Positions 50,913 to 64,000 of a DNA stretch of 64,000 nucleotides are shown here, piece by piece. The first letter of the stretch is position 1; each line of letters starts with the position of its first letter. Location of the stretch: contig NC_087250.1 of NCBI RefSeq assembly GCF_037042905.1, positions 27,902,001 to 27,966,000 on the forward strand, written 5' to 3'. This stretch comes from Lytechinus pictus. Its lineage: Eukaryota. A program made the translations under genes and the position numbers. The notes beneath the pieces were generated by a model that saw only the letters and a list, made by a program, of their open reading frames with translations, did no database searches and was not told the origin of the DNA.

Positions 50913-53900
50913 TAGTGGTATCAAATCAAATATTCAGTTATGAATCATATTTCAGCTGGCGCTGAGCATTCAGATTATTAGGGAATCGAGGATGCATGAA
51001 TTTATGAGCGGGAATGACACGTCGTTCAAATGTATTAAGAGCTATATAAAAGCGGACTATTATTATGATCATTATAGTTTTTTAGTGTACGTAATTCCCT
51101 CTCATGAATGTTAACAGAAAATAAGAGAAAAACTCATTTTGTGTAATGGAATCCTTGCTCATTCAACATACATATCACAATGGATATGATGAAGATAGAC
51201 AGAAATGAATATGTTTCCCCCATAATTCTCTTTACACCAATTGAATATTCTCATTTTGTAGAAACCGGTGACGCCAATCTCAAAATGATTCAGCACGCTC
51301 CATATTTATCATATTCATGAAAGTATTACATCATATCGCTTATTTCAATCAGTTAATTTACTTTCAATAGTCTGTACACCTTTTAATATTTTCAACAAAG
51401 ATTAATTAAGATATATTTTTCCATGTGTTTAACCTATTATTTCATATTACACTTACTACCTGGCTATGGAATCTCAAGTAGGAAGTCTTTGGATTGTTGA
51501 AAGATTTTTTTAGTTGTTTTTTGTTAACGACTGTAATGATGTGTTGACCCCCGCTACGTTCAGTAACGTTTATCGACATCGTTAATTGATGTCAAATTAC
51601 TTTCATCATAAAGATCCCATGGACATATAAACATCTGGTAGTCGAACGTGCCATGCTGTAAATAAATAAGAATAGGGATATACATGTATTTGTTGTGTAA
51701 CAGACAGAGTTAGATAATATGACAAATAACTGTACATATCATAGCTTATGTTGGTGGTTTTATATTAAGGAGGCTGTATTATATTAAATTCATTTATATT
51801 CTTTATTTCATTTTCATTTAATACTGCGTTAAGTTTGTAAACAGTTTGTACTGTATAAAGTATATGTTGCTCCAATGCATTGTTTATAAATCGGTATTGT
51901 CTAAGGTGTGTTGTGTTAATGTAGAAATGTGTCATTTATACAAAAGAATCCGGCCACCGAATTTATACAATAATCAACTCTGTACAGATTGAGTTTAGCT
52001 ATATAGGGTTTATGTTTTACTTAAAGTATCAATTCAATCGCTCGTTATTGTCTATAGCATTACTATATGATAACTAACCCTAAAGAGAGCGCGGGAGAAA
52101 GTTCCATATAAATTTATTTCGATTATTTGTCAGATCTTACAACTTTTCCTTGATTTTGATTGGCTGAGAAGCGCTGTTATCATGAAACGCTAGACAATCC
52201 TAGCTTTGTTTGATTTGCTCAATATGTGATAATTTATAATGATGTCACGATCTATCATTTCTAAGGGTATACTGCAAGATGAGTAGAAAGTATACGTTTT
52301 GTTTTTAATATAATATATTTTCATTATGCTTTGGTGTGGAGTATTTAAGAACACTGTTGAATAGAAAAAAAACATGTTTTTATTATAGACTTTAATCAAG
52401 GCGAAATAATTCTAACCTACTAGAGGGCAGAAAATAGTCATGTGAAAATCGAAAAGAAATATCTTTACCATTGTCAATCCTGTATTAGTTTTATACACAT
52501 TACTGATCTAAACATCAATTGTCGAATGATCTGGAAAACAATTTGTTCATATTTTAAATTGATCGGAATCTTTTTAGGGTGTATTTTGAGGTCATTATTA
52601 TGGTGATGGGGAGGGTGTTTTTAATGCATAATTATTCATGTCATTTTATAATCAAGTAATTGAAAGTAAAATGAAAAAAATGTCAAACAAAATACCGACT
52701 TTACGTGCAGTTCATATTTCTAATTTACAAATGAGTACATTAGACGTGTAGGAATGGTTGAAATAAAATATATTTATATATATATAACGTTGTTGACAGA
52801 CGAAGGGTGATATAAAGAGGGAGAGGGTGGGAAAAAGTGGTGTAGAGTGAGAGAAAAATGAGAGATGATAAGGAGAGAGAGAAAAAAAATGAAAATAAAA
52901 GAATAAAAAGATGGGAAGGAGAAGGATAGAAAAGATGAGAGAGAGAGAGAGAGAGAAAGAGATAGATAGAAAGAGAGGAAAAGAAAGATAGAAGAAGGAG
53001 AGAAAATGTAGAGACAGTAAGAATAGAGACTGGGAAAGAGAGAGAGTGTGTGAGGAGTGAGAGAAATGGAGAGACAATGAGAATAAAGATGGAATAAGAG
53101 AGGGACAAGGAGGAGAAGAAGAACTACCGAGAGAGAAGGAATGGTAAAGAGAGATGGGTGTGAATTTGTAATTGAGTTTGTATTTGTATTTTCCATTTTC
53201 ATGAAACAAAGTAACATTACATTACGAAAATAAATATATCACAAACCGTGTCAATCATAGTAATTCATAACGAAAGTGAAGAAAGGGTGAATTTGAACTA
53301 CGTAGATAATACTGACTTCGTCGAAATTAAGTAAACGAAAACATAACGGAGGGAATTGCCAAGAAAGATTGAATTTAAGAGATAGAAAAAGGAAGGGAGA
53401 GAAAAAAAAGAACGAGAGAGAGAGAGAGAGAGATAGGAAGAGAACGATCCCAACGCTTCTTACATTTTGTATAACCAGGAGAAAAAAGTACGATTACATA
53501 ATATTAAATTATATTAGGCTACTTTACTTCAATGTATTCAAAGAACTACACCACTGTCATGACTGTCATATTGAATTTATGTTCAATGCTTAAAAAAAAT
53601 AATATATCAAAACATAATATCACTATACAACAAATACATTTTGATATACAGAATACAGAAGATTATGACAATGTCAAGAAATGAAAGTGAAATATGTAAA
53701 ATAACCTGCATAAAAAGCTTAGCTTGTAACGTCTGAAGGTTCCTAAATATGGTATGGATGCTGTCTCTGTTTTCATGGTACTTCCTCAAGGGGGAAGGGG
53801 GCTTCAAATATATCTAACAAAAGATAATATATGCATAGACATACTGAGCAACTCATCTGGCGTATTAAATCACCCATTGAATGTGATTTTCTTCTTCATT

Positions 53901-54221
53901 AGAAGCCCCAGTATTTTTGGCCTCCATAAAGTGGTAAAGACCTGAAGTCGGCTATCATCTATTGGGGAAATTCCCCTCGTATGCTCTTCCAGTCTATCTA
54001 AAAAGATGGCGCTCTTTCAAGCCTACATTACACTCACATTGAATCACTTGATGAAGTTGTGGTTTTGGATATTAAATCAGTTAAAATCAGAAGCTATATG
54101 CAATCTACATTTGAAATGAAATTAAACGATTAATTTTAAAATAGAGCGGGAGGGTGAGAGCTGGCGATGTATTTTTTTGGAAAGGAAGTAAATGATCGAT
54201 TAAGATATTAATTGATAATAG

Positions 54222-55646
54222 TTCAATTCAAATTCAATTCATATTTATTTATTTCACTTCCATCAAACAAAAACAAATTGTATGCCATATATAAACATAA
54301 ATATTTGTATCCGTTGCAAACAAAATTAATGATACATATGTTGTGAAAAAAAACACTTAGACAATTTGGGTAACACGTTGTAGGTTTTTAATATGTATAC
54401 TATTTTCAATAGAAATTAAATTAAGGTGGAAATAGAGGGACCCACTAAAAAGCAATGTTTGTACAATGTGGGCCCCTCAAAAAATAGATAACACAATAAA
54501 TAACAATATAAGTATAAATACAGATAATCAAATGAGAAAAAAAATGAGAGGAAAATACTCACAAAATAAATACAAAGTTATCAAAAATATATAGTTTGAT
54601 AAAGGACAATACAACCCGTCCTAAAAATATCCACCCCCCAGAAAAAGAGAAGAAAAAAGAAGAGAATGTCCTGAGAAGATGGATGGGTGCTGCTGTACGT
54701 AGATAGAACACATGCCGTCGTGGACTCAAGGAAACTGGATTCAATGATGTATATAAAAGAAGAAAAAATATATAAAATAACCTGGAAAGAATATAATGCA
54801 CGAAAAATGTGATTGATGCCGTAAAAAAATAACCGGTGGGAAGGCGGATAAGCGGACAAGAGAGGAGAAAATAGAGGAGAGGATAGACACAATAATGAGC
54901 ACATCTGAGAAGGACTTGTGTCAGATTTTTTTTTTAAATAAAAAAAGGATAATAATCATTTTATGTTTTAATTGTAGTCTTTAAAGTAATAATGACGACT
55001 TGACAGAGATGATGAATTAAACTTAATTTGGGAGTATATTATAAGGTTTTAATAGAGATAAATTGAATTTAGTCTTAAAAGTCTTAAAAGAATTCAAAGA
55101 TTTTGCATTTGTTATATGATTATGAAGTGAGTTCCATAACTTCGGTCCATCATATATAAATGTGTTCTGAGCCCGCAAAGTTCTTAAAAGTGGTAAATGA
55201 AATTTACCCAATCGCCTTGTTGGATAGTTGTGAATGGATTGATTTTTTGGAAACATTGAATTAAATACATTTGGGAGGTTGTTGTTGTTATAGTTATACA
55301 TAAACTGACCGAGATTAAACAAATATAAGTCCTTAATTTTCAATATTTTATGTTAAAAAAATAATGGGTCAGTATGAGACAAATATGCCGTGTGACATAT
55401 AATACGTAGAGACTTCTTTTGTAATAGGAGTAATTTGTCTAAGAGTGTTTGTTGTGTATTACCCCATGCTAAAATTACATAATTTAAATAAAGCAATATA
55501 AGGGATGAATATAATGTAAGCAGGGACGATAATGGTAAACAAAATTTAAGCTTGTTAATTATACCAATGTTGCGTGAAATAGTTTTACATATGTTATCTA
55601 TGTGAAATTTCCATGAGAACTTATTATCGACTGTTATTCCAAGAAA
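54222..55646 (-). mobile_element. 5'-truncated L2/CR1-group LINE fragment
   Basis: Minus-strand translation FLGITVDNKFSWKFHIDNICKTISRNIGII...AWGNT...LQKKSLRII, then ORF 55023-55343 (HNYPTR, GPKLWNSL); (ttgaa)n tail. Confidence 0.88.
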
Positions 55647-56113
55647 CTAAATACTTACTTACTAAACTAGTAAGTAAATGCATGGGTGCATTACAAAGAA
55701 ATCTGATTTCATTCAGTCAGCATTAATCACCTAAAATTGCATTTAAAAATTAAAACGATCATAATTAAAGTGAAAACCCGAGGGATTATAATACGCAAAA
55801 CAGTCCTAGAATTATAATTAATATACATGTAAAACACGCTACATGTATAATATATTATCTGTCTTTCCCAAAACCATGCCAACACGGCTTATAATAATCG
55901 TGATGTGTATATCGTTTTCAATTTTGACAGAATGATTACTAAGATGTGTAAATAAAAATGCAAGCCACTGAGGCTGGAATTTTTCATTTTTACAACATTG
56001 TTTGCTGTAGGAACATTAACAGGTTACGAATAGTCGTTTAACAGTTCAAACACGTTTTTACAGTTTTGAACAACAAAGTTGGATTTTTAAAAATAAATTG
56101 AATATGCAATATA

Positions 56114-56410
56114 GGCGCATTGTGGTCTGGTGGTTCTGACTCTCGCCTTTCAAACAGAGGGTTGTGAGTTCGAATCCTAGCCATGGCATGTTTTCCTTCA
56201 ACAAGAAATTTATCCACACAGTGACGCACTCGACCCAGGTGAGAAATGGTTACCCGGCATGGTTGATTCCTTAAATGCTTGAACGCTGAAAGGCACCTTA
56301 AACTAAAGCCTCGAAATAAATTGTTTCTAGATAGATGGCGCTTTATGACGGACTATTTTATCATTATTATTATTAATTTTATTGTTATTATCATTATCAT
56401 TATTATTATT
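56114..56410 (+). mobile_element. tRNA-derived SINE
   Basis: A box tggtctggtgg, B box gttcgaatcc, body gcactcgacccaggtgag, (tta)n tail. Confidence 0.8.
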
Positions 56411-57574
56411 GTTATCATAATTTCAATAGTTTAAGAATGATGGTTGTTTAAAAGGTACTGTAAAGACAATTAGTAAATATCGTTGTATAAAAAATAAACA
56501 GCGCTTCATTATGGTTATAAAGTGTTTTTCTTGAACAAGAAATATTAATTAGATCTGGAACATTCCTTATGATTTAATACCGAACGAGAGTTACATAAAT
56601 CAAACAGAAATGATTACCGAAAGAGTTCATGATGCACGGTTTATATGCAAATAAATTGTCTAAGAAAATATGAGGAGAGGGGTTGGAGGGAAAAGTTCCA
56701 CCCCTCTCTTTGACAAGAATGCTTAACTGTATGTTTTGTGCTCTAGACAAAAACATAAGATCTTTATTAGCGAAACTTCATAAATTTTCTTCTTTATGAT
56801 TTTTCGATAAATTTCTTAGGAATTCACCCCAAAAGAACAATAAAATCTTAACACAGTTCGCCTGTATATTATGTTTATAATATTCCATTGCGTGTCAACA
56901 AACACCGTTCTATTACGTTGATAATATGTTTCTGCGTGTCAACAGAGACGGTATGTGTTGATAATAATGTATCGGCATCCACTGGAACGGTAACAAAAAA
57001 GCGAAACAATAATAAAAGAGGGAAAATTCGATTTGGGTGTTTTATAAAGTTGTTCTAAGGTACGAATGATTTTACTCAAGACTGGTACATGTTCTCATGT
57101 GATAAAGTCAGCTACACATTGGCAACCAAAGAAAGGTTCACTAAAATTATTACGTCATTCGTCATAACTCATGGGCAGCTTTATGAAAAACCCAGCAGAG
57201 AGATTTTCACTAGACTTCTAACAAAGCATTGTCAAAACCTTTGAATTCCATTATTTAAAGCTATTCGGTTTAAAGTATGTACGTTTAACATGTACGGTTT
57301 GAGGGTGATAATATTCTAACCTCCGTTAATGAGAGCCGCAGAAAATTATATCAAGGCAATCATAGACGATAGTAGACATGAATATGCGCTTTGAACACTC
57401 CACAAGTGTATTTTGTGCTTTTTTAAACATTAATTTTACTAATATTATTATCATCATGTATTTATATACGTTGAGAAAATGTTAATTTTCCCATGTTTCT
57501 CAAATGTATGACGGACGTGAAATAGACGTGAAAATTTGCTTTTTCTCAAATTGCTTAATATAAATTATTTATTC

Positions 57575-57775
57575 AACTTCCTACAGGGGATCCATGCTCT
57601 TCAAGCAATGCTTTTTAGTGGATCCCCTCATTTCCATATACGCTTTTTTGCTATTTATACAAGCCTTTGTTATATAATTATGCTAAGTTAAAATGATTTT
57701 GTACTCATACTTTGATTTCTATCTGTATTTGATTTATATTTGTTATGGAAATGAAATAAACTTCTTGAATCTTGA
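57575..57775 (+). mobile_element. LINE 3'-UTR remnant
   Basis: caagcaatgctttttagtggatcccctc matches the reverse complement of 54436-54462; ends aaataaacttcttgaatcttga. Confidence 0.6.
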
Positions 57776-57808
57776 AAAAAAAATAGAGCAGAGGGGGTTG
57801 GAGATGAC

Positions 57809-58505
57809 GGTTACACTTCGTAATTCTGAAGGTTCTTTATTCAGAAGGTTCGTAATTCCGAAGGTTCTTTATTCAGAAGGTTCGTAAATTCGAAGGTTCG
57901 TAATTCTGAAGGTTCGTAATTCCGAAGGTTCGTAATTCTCAAGGTTCGTAATTCTGAAGGTTCGTAATTCCGAAGGTTCTTTATTCCGAATGTTCTTTAT
58001 TCCGAAGGTTCGTAATTCCGAAGGTTCGTAATTCCGAAGGTTCTTTATTCCGAAGGTTCGTAATTCCTAAACACGTAAATTGCCTATACCTCGATGTTCG
58101 TTAATCCGAAAACGTAAAAGGGTTCGTTAATCCGAACATTTGTGGCGTTATTCCGAAGGTTCGTTTTTCCGAAGGTTCGACAATCTGAAAACAAAATAAG
58201 GTTCGATGTTCCGAAGGTTCGTTAATCCGAAAACGAAATAAGTTCGTTGTTCCGACGGTTCGTTAATCCGTAAACGAAATAAGGTTCATTGTTCCGGAGG
58301 TTCGTTAGTCCGAAAACGAAATGAGGTTAGTTGATCATTTAGTTTTCGGACTAACAAACCTTCGGAATTACGAACCTCATTTCGTTTTCGGACGAACGAA
58401 CCTTCGGAATTACGAACCTTCGGAAATACGATCCTTCGGAATAACGAACCTTCGGAATATCCGAACCTTCGGAATAACGAAGCTTCGGAATTACGAATGT
58501 ATGCG
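57809..58505. mobile_element. MITE made of 16-bp tandem repeats in inverted arms
   Basis: (ttcgtaattccgaagg)n on the left, reverse complement on the right; flanks ggagatgac / ggatatgac. Confidence 0.8.
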
Positions 58506-59626
58506 GGATATGACATATAATGGTAATTTATTCATTACAAAACTACAAGACTAAGACCAGACTTTCTTTAAATCTTTTTAGCCGAGTCCGTTAGGTATTA
58601 TTGATCATTTTCAAGCAAACTATTACTCTTGTATTTGTGTTATTAAATGGATTTTAATTTTTGGCTTGCACATGGTCGTGGTAATCATTTTGGAAGAAAG
58701 GGCAGTTTACTTTAAACAGCATTTGTATAGAAAGTGACAGGAACTTAATGTAGGATTCTCGACCAAACTTGAAAAGTGTTTTAGTTACTTAATAAATCTT
58801 ATTTTATATGGTAGTTTTTATTTGCATTTTTTGGTGTACTGTAAGCCTCTGCTATTTTGTCAGGTTCCCAATGTTTGTTATACACTCTAGTATACCCTAC
58901 AATAAATACTTAATTTGATCTTAGAATGCTATGTTTAAGAACATATTTCAGATATTCCCATTGGCCATGTCTCATTTATTGTAAAAGTGTAACAAATAAA
59001 TTCTGATTCAATTCAATACAACCTGTACTATTTCTTCCGTTTCAGTTATTACTAAACCAACCATTACTGTATGTCATTGCTATACTGTAAGCCACATTAA
59101 ACTTGTAGTTGTATAAAATTGGATCGTAATGATATCTAACATTGGGTATTTTATTTGATTTGTGCACTGACACAGGGTGTGGAAAATCCCCAATATGTTT
59201 TAATACACATTGCAGGTCTACGCAGTTGCACATTAAACTCGTATTCATTCACACAGTGTGCAGAGATTGTTAGCTGAAAGAGTATACTTGAACTTATCGG
59301 TGAGTATGTAGCTTTGGAAATATATGAAAATAGTAAAGAACATGACTGATAACTTACATTAAATAAATTTGATCTACTTTACTATAACTTAGCTATTGTT
59401 TTGGACATGACTGTGCTTAAAAAAAATGTCATACCAAGTCTTTCTGATAAAATCCCTTTTAATGACGTCATCCCTACAATACATGTAGCTCGGCTAATTT
59501 CCTATTAGCACTGACAAGGACAAAGGTTGCAAAAAAGCAAAGATCCCATGCTTGGGGGATATTTTTTTTTTACTGATAATGAATGAAATATCATATCACA
59601 TTGTACCTTTTTTCCTTAACCCCGGG

Positions 59627-60762
59627 CAGTGGCGTAACTACGGGGGGGGGGGGGCATGGGGGGCATGTGCCCCCCCCCCCAATCGGCTGGCCGAAAAAAA
59701 AAACAGAACGGGGAAAATGAGAAAAGGAGGGGAAAGAAAGAGAAACGTAGTGGGGAAAGAAGAAATTATTGTTCATTAAAATGTTATATTATATTGTGTT
59801 ATGTTATATTTCATAATTTTATGAAACATTTTTTGCTCAGGGCCTATGTCTTCATTGTTCCTGGTGCTCGCATAGACTGTTTAACGGGATATATGATCCT
59901 GTTGTACTAAAACATCCCGTTTTCAAATCAATACACCACATATATTTCCTCGCAATTCGAGTTATTATTGTTTTATGTAGTTACATTTGCTTCTTTTTCA
60001 TGACTACCTAAAGTGATTGCCCTATTTTAAGGTATGAATATAAAACATTTCCTGTCCGTGCTTACATGTATGTCCGCATGTCTGCTCCTCATGAATTCCT
60101 AAAATCTGTCCTTAAAATGTCATTTTTTCTGATCTGAATATAATTTTTTTTCAGCTCGCGCTTCGCGCTCGCATTATTTGGTTAGTGAAATACGTAAGGT
60201 CTTAGTGAATTCCTACAAAACAAGCTTTAGAATGCCCCTCTTCAGGTGTGAATTTAAAAAAATTTCAGTTCGCGCTTCGCGCTCGCAGTATTTAATTAGT
60301 GAGATGCGTATGATAATCATGATTACAAAGACTACAAAAAGTGTTTCATGTGTTAAAATGTAATTCTAACAAAATCAGCAAAGGATGGCACTAGCATTAG
60401 ATGACTATGATGAGATATTTATACCCTAAATGGATTCCTAAAATACAGTCCTTAAAATGTCCCTGTTCGGGTCAATAAATACAAAAAATTCAGCTCGCAC
60501 TCGCATTGTTTGTTTAGCGAGACAGATCATGATTACAAAAATTTGCTTATAATGCCCTTTTTTAGGTCTGAATATCAACAATTTTCAGCTCGCGCTTCGC
60601 GCTCGCATTATATAATCAGTGAGATACATATTTGTTTAATGGCACTACATGTCCTTAAAATGTCTCTATTAGGTCAGTATACATGGCAACTGAGCACGCT
60701 TCCAAAGTGACTCGAAATTTTTGCTGGTGCCCCCCACTGCCGTGACCCACGGTACGCCACTG
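59627..60762 (+). mobile_element. hAT-type MITE (1136 bp) with perfect 8-bp TSD
   Basis: cagtggcgta...tacgccactg; ACCCCGGG at 59619-59626 and 60763-60770; homologous to 34288-35466. Confidence 0.92.
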
Positions 60763-61079
60763 ACCCCGGGAAATTGGTGGGGCTAAGGGGGGGGGGGGGG
60801 GTCTTAGCCCCACCAATTTCCCGGAGTTAAGCTTAGCCCGCTTCGTTTTCACACTACGTTTTAGCAAAGTGGGCTGGCACGGCAAATAATGAGGTACTAT
60901 CTGGCCCTGCCAAAATATCAGGGTTAGCCGGTGCTAATTGCGGTGCTAATAGTCGATTTGACAGTCCCATAGGCTCAATACACCAACCTAGAAATATTCT
61001 TTCCGATGAAGTTTTTTTCTTGATTCGTGTTCCTATGGGGTCCTAGAACAAATTCAGCTTGGTTGCCCAAAGTTGCCGT

Positions 61080-61830
61080 TTGGGCAATTTTGCTAATTTG
61101 CATAAATCCAAAATGGCCGCCAGATGCCATCTTGAAAACCTCACTTTTGAACCCCTTTCCACAAAATGATGAGTAATGACTCGTTTTAGGGGTTTAGATG
61201 TGTGTAGAACCGATTTCTGGAATCATTTTTGCAATATAAGATCATCTTCAGGTCAAATCCAAGATGGCGCCAGAAGCCATCTCAACAAATTGACTTTTGA
61301 TCCCCTTGCCCCAGAATGACGAGTAATACCTCTGTTAAGGGTTTTGGGGTGTGTAGAATCCATTTCTACTTTCTATTTTGCAATATAATGTTATCTTCGG
61401 GTCAAATCCAAGATGGCCGCCATATGACGCCATCTTGAAATATCAACTTTTGAACCCTTTGCCCCAGAATCATGAATAATAACTCTATTCGTGAGTCATT
61501 TTGGTATGTTGATTCAATTCATACTGTAATTTTCCATAAAGGATAATCTTCAGATCAAATCCAATATGGCCGCCAACCGCCATCTTGAAAAATTACTTTC
61601 CGTGGCTTATACGTGTGAGAGCTATAATGCAAAGGGATTTCAGTATAAGAATACTCTTTTCTTTTATTAATTTTCACGTTTTTGTCCCAGAATCATGAAT
61701 CATCCCTCTTTTTGCGAGTTCTTTGGTATGTTGATTCCATTTCTGTAAATAATTTTACAATATATGATCATCTCCAGGTCAAAATAATCGAACATGTCCG
61801 CTAAACGCCATATTAAGAAAAAATATATAT
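61080..61830 (+). repeat. Degenerate ~150-230-bp tandem units carrying caagatggc(c)gcc / gccatctt motifs
   Basis: aaatccaagatggccgcc...gccatcttgaaa-like motif at ~61105, 61255, 61405, 61557 and, decayed, ~61790. Confidence 0.75.
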
Positions 61831-64000
61831 TTCCCGAGACTATCGAACCTTGAAGAAGTACTCTCCCTAATAAGGTTGCTATTATGTAAGGGAGCTGATG
61901 TAAGGGGATTTCAGTGAGAATGATTCATGTCTTTTAATCACTCCATTTTTTAGTTTAACCGCGTACTTTAGAATGAAACTATTCAAGGTTTGGGCTATGA
62001 TTTCGGAAGTTCTAATCCCTTTTTTTCTGTCCAACCATACTTTTCCAGTGAAAGGACTTTAAAGTATTATTTGAATTAAAAAGTGATTTCTCCGTATTTT
62101 TTTTCAAAAAATTAGTTAACTTATTAACTTTCTTTATAATTATCATTGAACTTTTCCTCCTGATAAGAGCCATTGATTTGATCAGCAGGAGTGCACTATT
62201 TAGCCTCCTGCAGAAGATATAGGCTCCCCCAAGACTGTTCCATGGTCATGATGGATCTCACTCAAGAAATGTTGTACGGAAACGATGTCGCCCCTGTGTC
62301 ACGTGGGAATTGACTTTTTTTAATTATTTATCTACTGCTGCTTGACGCCAAATAAGGAATACGTAAAACTGATGTATACAGTTAGTAAAAGATTTAATCA
62401 AAGCTCTTAAATCATAGTGTGGTTTCCTTTGATATCTTTTACAATGATTTACATGGGAATATACATGGATATAACAATATAACTTAACTTAAACAATAGT
62501 TGAATAGAGCCCACATCATCTGTTCTGGCTTGACATGCCCCACTCGGCCCTGGTGGTCGGTCCAGTTCCTGGCCTCCGCAGCTTGCGATGTCTCTTCCAC
62601 TCGGCCTCGGCCTCCGCAGACAGTTGCCCCCTGATGAGTAGCCCTCAGATCAGAGATGTGGCTTCAACGAATTATTGGACGAGATCGAGCCCCCATCGAT
62701 GACATGCATTTTGATCAATCATGTCGGTGGAGAACCGGTGGCAGCTGGGGTCGTTATCTCGTCACCGATGTAGTCCCTCAGTTCTAACTTCGACTGCCTA
62801 GAGTAACATCTGTAGTCTGTTCTAGCTTAGGTGGTTCTCTCTGAATTACTGAAATTAACCTCCTAATATACCCTACCGTTACTAGGACTAACTGTAAGAT
62901 TTCTATAAAGTAATTCAAAGAATTTCAATAACAGATGAGTGCATAAAGCAACACATTCCTATTATGTTATGTAATAAAAGCCATAAAAGACACTTCCTGT
63001 GTATCTATACATCTACACTCATCAATGCTAGATCACTTTTGGTTATTTACAACACCTGTATGAAAATGCTTCTCCTAAAGAAATATTTCGAACACCTGTA
63101 TAAAATATGACATAAACCTGGTACACTTGTACTCTAAGGGGGGGGGGGGGGGTATCAAGCGTTCCCAATGCTTGCTTTCAAAGTATTCAAAACATATAGA
63201 TACATGCTTGTCTACATGCCTACCCTAACCTGGACCAAATAACTCAACTGAAATACATCTGTAATTAAATTTCTATCCTGACAATATCCCCCACCTTAAG
63301 ATAAAATTAAGGGAACCTGAATTATATCCAATAAAGAAATTTATAACAGAGTCTCCTTTAACAAGGTATTACTCAAATCTCTATCATAATGAAAAAGTTA
63401 ACTATCCATACTATTACGAATAATTCATTATCTATATTCAGTGATACATATAAAGATATATAAACATCCAAATATACATTTCAAGAGCTTATTCCAAATA
63501 AGTCATCTGTATTAAAGTTTTAAAACATATCGTCTTTTAAAGATGACAGTCTAAATGTCAATGTGTTTTGCAAAAGCTGTTTTGAATTAATTTTTACAAT
63601 CAAGTTAAAACTTGTTTAAGATAAAATAAAGAGAATTATCAAATTCAGTAAACTTTTTAACTTTTTTTTATAAAGTACAGTGCTTAAAAACTGCATGGTT
63701 TTAAACCAAAATCATTAAACTGTCTTAAAATTGTATTTTCTTAACAAAGTGAAATGATTTTTATATTGTGGTTTAAAATTCTACACAGAAATTTTTACAT
63801 CTTTTACAACTTTTAGACATTGCTTTGCTAAATCAAAATCAGTCTTTTTCCAAAATAAGTAGATCACTTTTCTTTAACATTTGAAAATTCAAAATGACAT
63901 TTCATATATAAAAACAAGATGTCTCATATCTGAGAGACAATATCTTTGACACAGGTATGTATATATGACATGCAAGATACGAGTTTTATTTTTCATTCAA

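Noticed and set aside
56114..56190. tRNA gene (also at 4735 and 50573)
   Set aside because: A and B boxes are present, but the stems are degenerate and the sequence runs on into a shared SINE body and (tta)n tail.
62520..62850. GC-richer segment with a minus-strand acceptor-like site (possible exon or gag remnant)
   Set aside because: The frame I tested hits a stop within ~22 codons, the ORF track has nothing here, and I recognise no motif.

Overview
AT-rich, repeat-dense eukaryotic DNA. The repeat families and the style of DEATH-domain exon suggest a sea urchin or other echinoderm (inference). There are two paralogous RING-less TRIM-like genes (B-box, coiled coil, beta-propeller-like C-terminus). 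Copy 1 (2282-3936) is frameshifted in an A8 run. Copy 2 appears intact and can be spliced in frame to an upstream DEATH-domain exon: join(45498..45774,46894..48542), 641 aa. Their 3' flanks are a segmental duplication. A ~2.4-kb upstream segment occurs twice: compact at ~10667-13036 with no gene after it, and at ~14408-45245 leading into the DEATH exon. The second copy has grown to ~31 kb through five large insertions whose ends can be mapped against the compact copy: an L2/CR1 fragment, a solo LTR, a 10.4-kb PIF/Harbinger element with a decayed MADF gene, a TAG-ended element hosting an 8.5-kb near-perfect palindromic TAC..GTA element with a 6-bp TSD, and a 6.3-kb GG..CC element. Many MITEs, tRNA-derived SINEs and LINE tails fill the rest. 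Alignments and identities were judged by eye; no searches were run.
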